DNA of 64,000 nucleotides from Mobula hypostoma. Lineage: Eukaryota. A program made the position numbers and the translations under genes. Below the pieces are notes generated by a model. That model had not been told where the DNA came from. It did not search any database and saw only the letters and a program-made list of their open reading frames with translations. The stretch spans positions 1,860,001 to 1,924,000 of the forward strand of contig NW_026948187.1 of the NCBI RefSeq assembly GCF_963921235.1. Reading direction: 5' to 3'. Positions 12,901 through 24,900 of this stretch are shown piece after piece. Every line of letters begins with the position of its first letter. Within the stretch, counting starts at the first letter, position 1.

Positions 12901-13479
12901 GCAGAAGCTGGAACAAAATCAAAACACATTGTTGGATGCGGCCTGTCTTCTCCAAATGGCAACTCTGGGATATTTACAAAAGACATCACACAATGCACTG
13001 TGGTCATAACCATGAAGGTTCCTTCTTCGTTCAATTAAGTGGTTAAACATTGCATCATATTCTTGTGTCTGCAAATAACAGACAGCTACGGTCAACCCCA
13101 GGCACTGATACAGGTGCAATTCAGATCCTGCTGCTGGACAGAGTGATGGAAGGGAAGATCCCCAGATAAAATTCAATGGATTGAGATTGTGATCCCCTAT
13201 TTCCCTACTGTTGAAAACATCTTGTCCCCATTCAATCTATCCAGAGCTCAGGATTTCATTGAGGTTCCTGTTCCCAGAGTCACCGCCCCTCCATTGAGAA
13301 CAGGCCCAGAGACACCAAATGGTCCCCATACATAAAACGTTTCATTCCAGAATCACTCTTGTGAACTTTGTAAACAGCAACTGTAATTAGCACATTTCCA
13401 TGTGTAACAGACAATTTGGTGGCCGGATAATTTATTGAGAAAACCTGTGGTTTACTTACTGCCCCAATAACTGTCTCAA

Positions 13480-14130
13480 AATATCTGCCGATGATCAGCG
13501 TGCTCATCTGTGTATGGAGCCAAAAGGGATGGGAGAGATCTTCAATGATTTCTTTGTGCTTAAATTTACTTGGGAGACAGATATAGAAACGAGGGAAGTT
13601 AATCAAGTCATGGATTTCATACTGATTATACAACAGGTGCTTGCTGTCTTCAGGTGAATTAGGATAGATAAATCCCCAGGTCTAGTGTGGAGACTGCAGG
13701 GGCCCTGGCAGACACGGTTGTTGCTGGTATTTAAGGAACTGAGTTGAACAGGTTGGAAATTAATTCCCTGGAGCACAGGAAAATGAGGAGAGATGCTAGC
13801 AGGGGCTCCCAGCCTTTTTTATGCTACGCCAGTTGGGAACAGCTGCTGGAGGTATACAAACTATGATGGTAGAATTAGGGTGAATGCATGTAGGCTATTG
13901 CCCCTCAGGTTGGGTGAAGGCATGGGTTTAGGGTGAAAAGTTACATACTTAATGGGAATTTGTGTGGGAAGTATTTCACTCCGAAGGTGGCACGAATGTT
14001 GGATGCAGATTTCAATTGCAGTACTTAGGAGAAGTTTGTACGGGTAAGTGGATGAGGAAGTTATTAAGGGCTATGGTCTGGATGCATGTGGTCGGGTCCA
14101 GGCAGAGACTGGCACAGACTTTTTAGTGCT
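13480..14130 (+). mobile_element. Degenerate, internally deleted CR1
   Basis: DKSPG remnant followed by RT C-terminal remnants. Confidence 0.6.
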
Positions 14131-14195
14131 TTAAGAGAATGAATTCAGATTGAGCGCCCTACACAAGTACCTTTCCCAGCAGATGTAAAACATAT

Positions 14196-14738
14196 AGTCC
14201 TGTGCTCAGTTCTCGTCGCCTCACTACAAGAAGGACGTGCAAACCATAGAAACGGTGCAGAGGAGATTTACAAGGATGTTGCCTGGATTGGGGAGCATGC
14301 CTTATGAGAATAGGTTGAGTGAACTCAGCCTTTTCTCCTTGGAGCGACGGAGGATGAGAGGTGACCTGATAGATGTGTATAAGATGATGAGAGGCATTGA
14401 TCGTGTGGATAGTCAGAGGCTTTTCCCCAGGGCTGAAATGGCTAGCACGAGAGGACATAGTTTTAATGTGATTGGAAGTAGATACAGAGCAGATGTCAGG
14501 GATAAGTTTTTGTTTTAATGCAGAGAGTGCTGAGTGTGTGGAAAGGGCTGCCGGCGGCGGTGGTGGAGGCGGAAACGATAGAGTATTTTAAGAGACTCCT
14601 AGATGGCTACATTCAGCTCAGAGAAATAGAGGGCCATGGGTAAAGTCTAGGTAGTTCCAAGGTAGGGACATGTTCGGCACAGCTTTGTGGGCCAAAGGGC
14701 CTTTATTGTGCTGTAAGTTTACCATGTTTCTATGTTTC
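14196..14738 (+). mobile_element. CR1 3' fragment
   Basis: VQRRFTRMLPGL...FSLERRRMRGDLIDVYK; tail atgtttctatgtttc. Confidence 0.9.
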
Positions 14739-15284
14739 CATTCCAACGTAATGTTATATATAAAAAAAAACTGCGAATACAAGAAACACTCAACAGTTAA
14801 AGAATATCTGTGGAAAGGAAACAAAGTTAACGCTTCAGCTCCAACACCCTGTGTCAAAATGGCTTCAGACAACTTCCGATCTGATCCAGAATCGTGTTTC
14901 CTTAATTTCCAGCTGCTCACGGACAGGCGACAGTGAGTGGGAATTTCCAAATCTGGTGAGAATACTGAAACCGAGGTGGATAACCAACGATGGAAACACT
15001 GAACAGCTCGTTCCAGATACTCACTAGCTCTGTGTATTGAGATTACCTCTCAGGTGTCTCTGAGCTCTCTGCTCTTTTCTATCTGTGCCCGTTCACTTTG
15101 GACTCCCCAACCATGGGGAACAATCCTTGGCATATTCGGCTGGGCATCAAGGACATTACAAAATAAGTTAGGAAAAATAGCTTTGACTGTACCAGTGATC
15201 ACCCCCACGTGCTCCAAACATTGCTTCGAGGCGCGCAACACAAACCAGCCACGAATGCTACCCCATCCTATGTTTGAATAGATT

Positions 15285-15645
15285 TCAACAGGTACATTTA
15301 ATGTCAGAGAAATGTATACAATATACATCCTGCATAATTTTCTCTTCATAAACATCCATGAAAACAGAGGAGTGCCCTAAAGCATGAATGATAGTTAAAT
15401 GTTAGAACCCCAAATCCCCGCAACATCCCCCTCCCATACATAAGCAGCAGCAAAGCAACACCGCCCCCCACCCCCCAACCAGCAAAAAGCATCGGCAATC
15501 CCCACCGAATACTCAAGCATGTGGCAAAGCATCAATAAAGACACAGACTTGCAATACCCCAAAGCCTACTCGTTCACCCGGTATTCGACAGACCACAGGC
15601 TCTCTCTCTCTGCATAATAAGGGAAAAAAAGAAGTGCCCCATTTC
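15285..15645 (-). mobile_element. Non-autonomous retroposon / LINE 3' UTR fragment
   Basis: Reverse-complement homolog of 38085-38435. Confidence 0.6.
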
Positions 15646-15679
15646 ACAGGTGTGCAGCCACTCTTTGTAACAAGAGCAA

Positions 15680-17193
15680 ATGAATGGACTCTGCAGAGAT
15701 TAAACTCCGGTGAGGCTGCCGGGACAGAAAGCATACCAAGCCGAGCGCTCCGGCAGTGTGCACCCCAGCTCACTGGTGTCTTCACGGCCATCGTCAATAC
15801 TTCACTCATCCTGGCTTCAAATCAGCCAGCATCATCCCTGTACTAAAGATCTCTACACCTTCAGAACCAAACCACTACCGCCCGGTGAAACTGCCACCAA
15901 TCATCACGAAGAGAGTTAAACGGCTGATAATGGCACATATCAAAAACTCCAATCCTACCACACTGATCACTCACCAATATGCTTACCGACAGAACAACTA
16001 TTTGACAAATTCCAGCTATTCTGTCTAAACACACACCTGTGCGACTGGGTGTTGGGCTTCGTAACCAAGAGGCACCAGACAGTCAGGATGTACAACCGCT
16101 TCTCACTCCCCATCATCCTCAACACAGACTGTGTGCTGAGCCCAGTACTGTACACTCTGCTCACACAGTCAGGATGTAGAACCGCTTCTCACTCCCCATC
16201 ATCCTCAACACAGACTGTGTACTGAGCCCAGAACTGTACACTCTGCTCACACAGGACTGCACGGCCAAATACCCAATCACAATGTCAAGTTCGCCAATGA
16301 CACGACAGTAGTGTGGTCCATCACTAATATCAATGAGATGACATACAGAGAGAAGGGCTGAGGGGCTGGAGCCAGGCAAATAACCTCTTCCTCAGTGTCA
16401 ACGAGATAAAGCAGGTGGTTATCGACTTCAGGAGAACTTGCACCACTCACACACATCTTTACATCAGCAGCATAGCCGTGGAAACTAGAAGCAGTTTCAA
16501 ACTAATGGCCATGCACATCTCACACAACCTCTCATGGTCCGAGAAGACATCCCATACAATCAGGAAAGCTCCTGAACATCTCAACTTTCCGAGGAGGCTG
16601 TAAAGTGATGGACTCTGTATGGTACATGTAGAAGCACGTTCTTCAACAGATGTACAGTAGAGAACATCCTAACAAGCTGCATCACTGTTCCGTGGCAAAC
16701 AGGAAGGCTCTACAATGGGTAGTCAAACTGCCCAACACATCACTGGCACCAGCCAACCCACCATCAAGGTCGTAGATGCAGACTGGTGCCGGAAAAAGGC
16801 CAATAAGATCATAAAGCCTCTCACCCACCCTGCTCATAATTTGCATGTCCCACTCCCACTAGTGACGCGGCTACATAACATCCACACCAGGACCAGAAAA
16901 CTCAAAAATAGTTATTTTCCCCAAGCATTAAGCCTGATCAACACCTCAATTCCCTGACCCACCCTCCACAATCCCTCTCAGTCACAGTATGTCCAGACAA
17001 TCCTCTGCCTAGCGTCATTTTATGGACATACAATCAATGTTTTAAGGCGCTATCATGTGTTATGCGCTTTTTAAATTATTATTGTGGTCTTTATCTTATT
17101 GTGTTTTGTTTCCTGCATTTGCTCCAGGGTAACAATTATTTAGTTCTCCTTTACACATGTATGGGAACGACGTTAAACAATGCTGAATCTTGA
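15680..17193 (+). mobile_element. Rex1/Babar non-LTR retrotransposon remnant with an internal 86-bp tandem duplication
   Basis: IPSRALRQCAPQLTGVF, YRPVKLPPIITK, QYAYRQN, VIDFRR and LKNSYFPQA motifs; duplicated block starts at about 16081 and 16167; tail tgaatcttgaa. Confidence 0.8.
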
Positions 17194-17199
17194 AACCTG

Positions 17200-18130
17200 A
17201 GGAAAATACCACAATCTACCACATTGTCTATACTCCCTCTTGATCTTATAAACTCCTACAATGTCACCCTCATTCTCCCGTGGCATAAAGATCCATCTCT
17301 CCCAACCTCTCCCTATAACTGGACTCTCCAGTCCAGGCAGCATCCTCATCAATCTCCCCTGATCCCAGTAAGCTTGATAATGTCTTTCCTACAATAGCGT
17401 GAACAGAATTGTACATAATTCTCTGTGTAGCCTCACCCACAATTTATATAACTACAATGTCCATAATCCAAACGCAATTTCCTAACTGATGAAGGCCAGC
17501 ATCATTAAAGCCTTCTTTCCCACCCTCTATACTTGCCCGTCAACTTCCAGTGAACTGTACCCTTGTACTTCCAGGTCACTCTGTTCCACAACACTCCGTG
17601 CCCTCCCATTCACTATCCCAGTCCCACTCTGGTTGGACTGTCCAAAATGCACCATCCCTCACTTGTTCAAGTTGAAAACCATTTGCCTTTCCTCAGCCTA
17701 TCTCCATAACTATCTCCATTTCCAAGATCTCTTGGAAATTCATTGTAACCTGCTGCATTATCAACCAGACTCCTGAATTTCGTATGAAACCTGCTAACCG
17801 TGTCATGTACATTAATGTACAAATCAATGCCATGAGTAATGAATTACAGAGGTCTCAATAGTGACTCGTACATTCCAGTTGGCACAAGCCTGCATTCGCT
17901 AAATCCATCTTCAATCATCACCCTCTGCTTCTTGTTCTCGACCCCGGTGTGAATCCATCTCGTAAACTCCCCGTGAATCCCACGTGACCTAACCTTCCAG
18001 ATCAGCTGTCATGCAGGATCGTGTTAAAGTCTTTACCAAAGTCATTTCAGACAACAACACTGCCCAACTTCGTCTATCCCTAATTACCTCTTTAGAAAAC
18101 TCCAAAATATTTGGCATTCATGACATCCCT
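17200..18130 (-). mobile_element. Old degenerate CR1 fragment
   Basis: Reverse complement resembles CR1 RT; many substitutions. Confidence 0.6.
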
Positions 18131-18467
18131 CTGGGTAGTGTAGTCTGTGATTTCCCCATAACCAATGTCTAACCACCCGAGACTTCAACTTCAACTGCAG
18201 TCTGAGAAAATTCCAATCCCAGTTGTAGAATGACCGTCCTGGACTGAAGCCCTTATAGTGCCAGTTCTATATTCTGAGAGACTCCATCTGAATATTATAA
18301 TCCACATACAGTCGCTTCATTGCCGGCGATTTGCCGTGATGTTCCTGCCATTTTCGACTCACAAACTGACGTAGAACTGGAACCTAAGGACCCTCTGTCT
18401 GTGCCAATGTCCAAGCTGGTTAACCATGCTGTTAACCAGATTGCGAGAGGATGCAGAAACACTTAGA

Positions 18468-19590
18468 TCATAAGACCATAAGACATAGGTGTAGAATTAG
18501 GCCATTTGGCCCATCGAGACTGCCCCGCCATTCAATCATGGCTGATCATTTTTTTTTCCTCCTCAACCCCTGTTCCTGGCCTTCTCCCCCCAATCTTTGA
18601 TGCCATATCCAATCAAGAACCTATCAATCTCTGACTTAAATACACCCAACGACTTGGTTTCCACAGTAGCTCGTGGCAACCAATTGCACAAATTTACCAC
18701 CTTTTGGCTTTTTAAAAAATTAAATGCAAGGTGAGGCCTCACCGGTGCCTTATAAAGCCTCAGCATCACATCCTTGCTCTTGTATTCTAGACCTCTTGAA
18801 ATTAATGCTAATCTGGCACTTGCCTTCCTCGCCACAGATTCAACCTGCAAGTTAAATTCCAGGGTGTTCTCAACAAGGACTCCCAAGTCCCTCTGCATCT
18901 CAGATTCCTGCATTTTCTCCCAGTTTAGAAAATATTCTGCACATTTATTTCTACTACTAAAGTGCATGACCATGCATTTTCCGACATTGTATTTCATTTG
19001 CCACTTACCCGTCCATGCTCCTAATCTGTCGAAGTCCTTCTGCATCCTACCTGTTTCCTCAACACTACCTGCGTTTCCACTGATCTTCGTATCATTTGCA
19101 AACTTGGCAACAAAGCCACCTATTGCACATCAAAATAATTTGTATACAGAATAAAAAAAGTGGTCCCAACACCGACTCCTGCGGAACACCAATAGTCACT
19201 TGCAGCCAACTAGAAAATGATCCTTTTATTCCCAGTCGCTGCCTCCGACAAACCAACCAATGCTCGAAACATGTTAGTAATATTCCTGTAATACCATGGG
19301 CTCTTATCTTGGCAAGTATCCTTATGTGTGGTACCTTGCCAAAGGCCTTCAGAAAGTCTAAATATACAACATCCACTGCATCCCCTTTGTTTATCCTACT
19401 TGTAATCTCCTCAATGAATTCCAACAGGTTCGTCAGGCAGGATTTTCCTTGAAAGAAACCACATGGACTTTGTGCTATCTTGTTCTGTGTCCCCAAGTAC
19501 TCCATCACCTCATCCTTAACAATTGAATCTAACATCTTCACAACCACTGAGTTCAGGCTAACTGGTCTATAATATCCTTTCTGCTGTCTT
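18468..19590 (-). mobile_element. CR1 family 'B' RT fragment
   Basis: ORFs 18563-19045 and 19092-19682 (YRPVSL, VYLDFLKAF, GVPQESVLGP); tail cataagaccataagacatag. Confidence 0.9.
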
Positions 19591-19609
19591 CTTATGCTGT
19601 TTGGGACTT

Positions 19610-21110
19610 CAGCTTGTCTCCAGCAGCTAATCGGAGCACATTTGATCACTATCTTATCGCTGTGTGGGATCTTGCCCTGCACAGTTGGCTTTCGTGTTTC
19701 CCACAGTGTAGCAGAAACAAAATGTAAAATTATAAAGTGGAAAATGCTGGGAACTCAGTACATCAGGCTATATCTGTGAAAGGACAAATGGTGGAAGACC
19801 CAGTTTCAGAAGTGGGACCGCCCAAGATGCTGCCGATCGGTTGAGCGTTTCCTGTATCTTCTTCTTCTCGCATTTAATTTCCTGCAACTGTAGTTTTTTT
19901 TTCCTCTTCATTTTAATGCACCGATCGTAACTGATAGCAAAATATCAACAAAACCCCAAACTGTGTAAATGTTACCTCATTCCACCAGTTTGTTAGTTCT
20001 GAGTTCATTCTGACCCTGGTGTATACATTCCGGACAGTCAATGCTCACAGCATCCTTTCCTCACACAATCATTCTGTTGCATTTGCTCCCGACGCCACTG
20101 TCTCTGCGCTGAGGTGCAGTGACCACAGAGCGATTTAAAAAAAAAATGTGGAGCACATCTTGCAGCCCTGGTGGGCTGTTACCTTGGAAACGGAGGAAGT
20201 GGCTAACCAAAAATAACCGAAAAGGTAAATAACAAACTCAACATCTTATGCTGCGAGTTTCGTTGTGACAAATATTAACACTGCAGCCATTTTGAAATGA
20301 CAAATCTAAAATTATAAAACCTGTTTTTAACCATGCCTCGTGCTGTATTGAATTAAACCTCTCGTAGTTCTGGCTAACAAAAAATGATTCATACTTCACG
20401 ATCAATAATATGTTGCCATAAATATACCCAATGACAGCCTCAACCACCATCTGTTGCAAAAAACTCCTCATATCGACCACTCTTTGGCTGAAGAAGTTTC
20501 TCTCATCTCAGTTTTAAAGGGAAGCTTGTTTATTCTGCGGCTGTCCTCTCATTCCCCAGACTCCCCGTCTGATGGAAACATCCTCCCCATGTCCACTGTA
20601 TCCAGGCGGTTCCGCATTCTGTGGGTTTAAATAAGATCCCGTCCACCTCTATACTTCTGAACTCCGTGGAGTACAGGCCCAGAGACATCAAATGCTTGTC
20701 GAACATAAACCCTGTCATTCCTGGGATTTTTCTTGCGAACCTTGTGAGCAACAATTGTACTGAACACATTTTCAGGAATAACTGGGAAATTGGTAGCAGG
20801 ATGATTTACAGGGGAAAAGCGATGTTTTTGTTTACAGTTCCACTAAGTATCACAAAGCAAAAGCCTGTGCACAGGTCCATTTTCAGAAGAACACAGTTAG
20901 CGATTTGGGTTCACAACCGTTTGTCAGAATGGCTTCAGATAGTTCCCATTTTTAGTGCAGATTTCCAGCATCTTGAGATTCTGCCTGATTTCCACCAACT
21001 GAGACAGGTGACAGTGAGGGGGAATTTGCAAACACAGTTTGAGCACCAAACTCACGGGTCTATTTCTACTGTTGTAAACACGGAACAGCCCATTTACTCA
21101 CAGCCTCTCC
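19610..21110. repeat. Copy 3 of the tandem unit (contains a small minus-strand CR1 fragment at about 20400-20740)
   Basis: 19750-20390 matches 7590-8190; 20930-21110 matches 14860-15030; 19610-19760 matches 12295-12440. Confidence 0.8.
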
Positions 21111-21751
21111 CTGTGAGGATGGAATGGTAACTCATCCTCTCCTCAGATTAGCAGTCATTGCTTCCAAAGGAACTCCAGAAACAAACATCTGAGCGCAGGG
21201 CAGAAATACTCGCTCAACACCTCATAAACCTGAGCAGCTTGATCCCCGACTCTATTGTACTTAGATCTAAAACTGTGAAATGCCAGGACCCAAACTCACA
21301 GGGTCACACAGCTATATCTGCCACCCAGCGACCCCGAAATCCTCGCACATCGGCCCACATCTCACAGTGAGTGGTGTAATCAGCGATTGCCCCACAACCA
21401 ATGTCCAGCTGCCCGTGACTTCCGATTCATTGTGGAAGGAGGAACATCCAGCCCCGTCTGTAGAACTACTGACCTAGGCCAAATCCCAAATGCTGAGAGC
21501 TCCATATGCCCGGTGTTTCCCAGGAATACAACCCAAGCACTGATTTACCAAGGACAACTTGTTGCCGGTAATACACTGCAAGTGTCTCGCACATTCAGAG
21601 TTCAAAAAACTAACATTCCTGTGTCAACCTGTGTCAGAACGCGAATCTGATGATCCTCTGACTGGGCCAGAGATCGGTCTAGAAAACCTGAGCGTGGGTC
21701 ACTAGATACTGGGTTACGTTTCACCGAGTACTCATTCCACAGAGATGAAAC

Positions 21752-21971
21752 ACAGAGCGTCATAGGAAGTCATTGCTGCCTGTGGCCATCAAACTTTACA
21801 ACTCCTCCCTTGGAGGGTCAGACACCCTGAGCCAATAGGCTGGTCCTGGACTTATTTTCTGGCATAATTTACATATTACTATTTAACTATTTATGGTTTT
21901 ATTACTATTGAATTATTTATGGTGCAACTGCAACGAAAACCAATTTCCCCCGGGATCAATAAAGTATGACT
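21752..21971 (+). mobile_element. Rex1/Babar 3' end
   Basis: Near-identical to about 50905-51133; ends aataaagtatgact. Confidence 0.85.
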
Positions 21972-21984
21972 TAAAAACTTCTTC

Positions 21985-24900
21985 GAGTGCAAGAAGGACG
22001 AGACTGCGCAGATGCGTGATGTACAGGACAGCGCGGAGAGTTTAAAAAGGAGACCACCCTTTCCAGCGGGCAGCAGAGTGAGTGGGAGCAGACTGTAGGG
22101 CTTTGGGTTCAACGGGCTTCGGCGGTAAATGGGAAGAGGCGAGAGCGAAGCACCAACTCTTTTTTTTTCTCTCCCCCGCCCCATCCTTTTCGCGAATCGG
22201 CCCGGACAGACAAGAACAGCAGGGCTCTCACAGCTAACTGGGTACGAGGTAACGGTTTGCAGTTCGTCTGTTTGGCGAGGTAAGTGGGTGAGTAGACTTA
22301 TTTTTCGTGTTTCCTTCCTGTAGAATTAGATAGCATGCCTGCAGGGTTAGTGCTTTGTTCAGGGTGTCAGATGTGGGAATCCTTGGAGACCTCCAGCCTC
22401 CCTGATGGCCACATCTGCGCCAGGTGCATCGAGATGCAGCTCCTCAGAGACCGTGTTCGGGATCTGCAGCTGAAGCTTGATGACCTACTGCTTATCAGGC
22501 AAAGTGAAGAGGTGCTAGACAGGAGCTACAGGGAGGTAGTCATCCCTAGGCTACAGGAGTCAGAAAACTGGGTCAATGTCAAAAGAGGGAAGGGGAATGC
22601 CGGGATAGTGGAGAGCATACCTGTGGCTGTCCACCTCAGCAACAAATATATGGTTCTGGATGCTGTTGAGGAAGATGACCTGACAGGGGACGCCCACGGT
22701 GACCCGGTCTCTGGCACTGAGCCTGGTGCTGTTGTGCAGGAGAGAAGGAGGGAGAAGAGGAATGCAGTAGTCATGGGGGATTCCATAGTCAGGGGAACGG
22801 ACGGGAGATTCTGTGAGCCTCATGGAGATACCCGCATGGTGTGTTGCCTCCCAGGTGCCAGGGTACGGGATGTCTCGGATCGGGTCCTGAATATTCTGAA
22901 GTGGGAGGGTGAGCAGCCACTTGTCTTGGTACATGTTGGTACCAATGACATAGATAGGATAAAGGAGGAGGTGCTGAAGAGAGAGTTTTCCAGGAGTTAG
23001 GAAGGAAGCTGAGAAGCAGGACTTCCAGGGTAATAATCTCGGGATTGCTACCTGTGCCACGTGCTAGCGAGGGCAAGAATAGTCGGATCAGGCAGATGAA
23101 TCCGTGTCTGAGAGACTGGTGCAGGGGGCAGGGCTTCAGATTTTTGGATATTTCGGATCTGTTCTGGGGGAAGTATGACCTGTTCAAAAAGGACAGGTTA
23201 CACCTGAACCCGAAGGGGACCAATATCCTGGCGGGTAAATTTAATAGAGCTGTTAGGTAGGGTTTAAACTAATTTGGCATGGGGATGGGAACCAGAATGA
23301 GAGAGCGGAGGAAGGAGAAACACAGGAGATTAGTGTGCAAACTTAATACACACGGTATTGGGGGTAAGGTATTGATGTGGATGGAGAATTGGTTAGCAGA
23401 CAGGAAGCAAAGAGTGGGAATAAACGGGACCTTTTCAGAATGGCAGGCGGTGACTAGTGGAGTACCGCAAGGCTCAGTGCTGGGACCCCAGTTGTTTACA
23501 ATATATATTAATGACTTGGATGAGGGAATTAAATGCAGCTTCTCCAAGTTTGCGGATGACACAAAGCTGGGTGGCAGTGTCAGCTGTGAGGAGGATGCTA
23601 AGAGGATGCAGGGTGACTTGGATAGGTTGGGTGAGTGGGCAAATTCATGGCAGATGCAATTTAATGTGGATAAATGTGAAGTTATCCACTTTGGTGGCAA
23701 AAATAGGAAAACAGATTATTATCTGAATGGTGGCCGATTAGGAAAAGGGGAGGTGCAACGAGACCTGGGTGTCATTATACACCAGTCATTGAAAGTGGTC
23801 ATGCAGGTACAGCAGGCGGTGAAAAAGGCGAATGGTATGCTGGCATTTATAGCGAGAGGATTCGAGTACAGGAGCAGGGAGGTACTACTGGAGTTGTACA
23901 AGGCCTTGGTGAGACCACACCTGGAGTATTGTGTGCAGTTTTGGTCTCCTAATCTGAGGAAAGACATCCTTGCCATAGAGGGAGTACAAAGAAGGTTCAC
24001 CAGATTGATTCCTGGGATGGCAGGACTTTCCTATGAAGAAAGACTGGATGAACTGGGCTTGTACTCGTTGGAATTTAGAAGATTGAGGGGGGATCTGATT
24101 GAAACGTATAAAATCCTAAAGGGATTGGACAGGCTAGATGCAGGAAGATTGTTCCCGATGTTGGGCATGTCCAGAAAAAGGTGTCACAGTTTGAGGATAA
24201 AGGGGAAGCCTTTTAGGACCGAGATTAGGAAAAACTTCTTCACACAGAGAGTGGTGAATCTGTGGAATTCTCTGCCACAGGAAACAGTTGAGGCCCGTTC
24301 ATTGGCTATATTTAAGAGGGAGTTAGATATGGCCCTTGTGGCTACGGGGATCAGGGGGTATGGAGGGAAGGCTGGGGCGGGGTTCTGAGTTGGATGATCA
24401 GCCATGATCATAATAAATGGCGGTGCAGGCTCGAAGGGCCGAATGGCCTACTCCTGCACCTATTTTCTATGTTTCTATGAAACACAGAAATAAATCTAAG
24501 ATAGTGCGCAGTAAAGACGTCAGGAAAGGCAGACAGGTGATGGGGCAAAATTGTAGCCATTGGGATGAGTTGCAGTGCAATAAAGTTGCAGTGAAATCAA
24601 AGCGAAAAGTACCAAAAACTGGTCTTAAGGTGCTATACTTAAATGCACGCAGCATAAGGAATAAAGTGGATGATCTTGTTGTACAGCTACAGATTGGCAT
24701 GTATGGTATTGTGGCCATCACTGAGACCTGGCTAAAGGATGCATGTCTCTGGGAGCTGAACGTCCAAGGATACACGGTGTATCGGAAGGATAGGAAGGTT
24801 GGTAGAGGGGGAGGAATGGCTTTATTGGTAAGAAATGATATTAAATCATTAGAAAGAGGTGATATAGGATCGGAAGGTGCAGAATATTTATGGGTTGAGC

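Noticed and set aside
21648-21690. Possible C/D snoRNA (TGATGA...CTGA)
   Set aside because: The D box is not kept in the homologous copies (about 12230 and 18385), there is no terminal stem, and the region resembles an old SINE.
23279-24388. 369-aa RT ORF as a domesticated gene
   Set aside because: It is a 5'-truncated nested CR1 with TSDs, lacks the N-terminal part of RT, and the upstream start is fortuitous.
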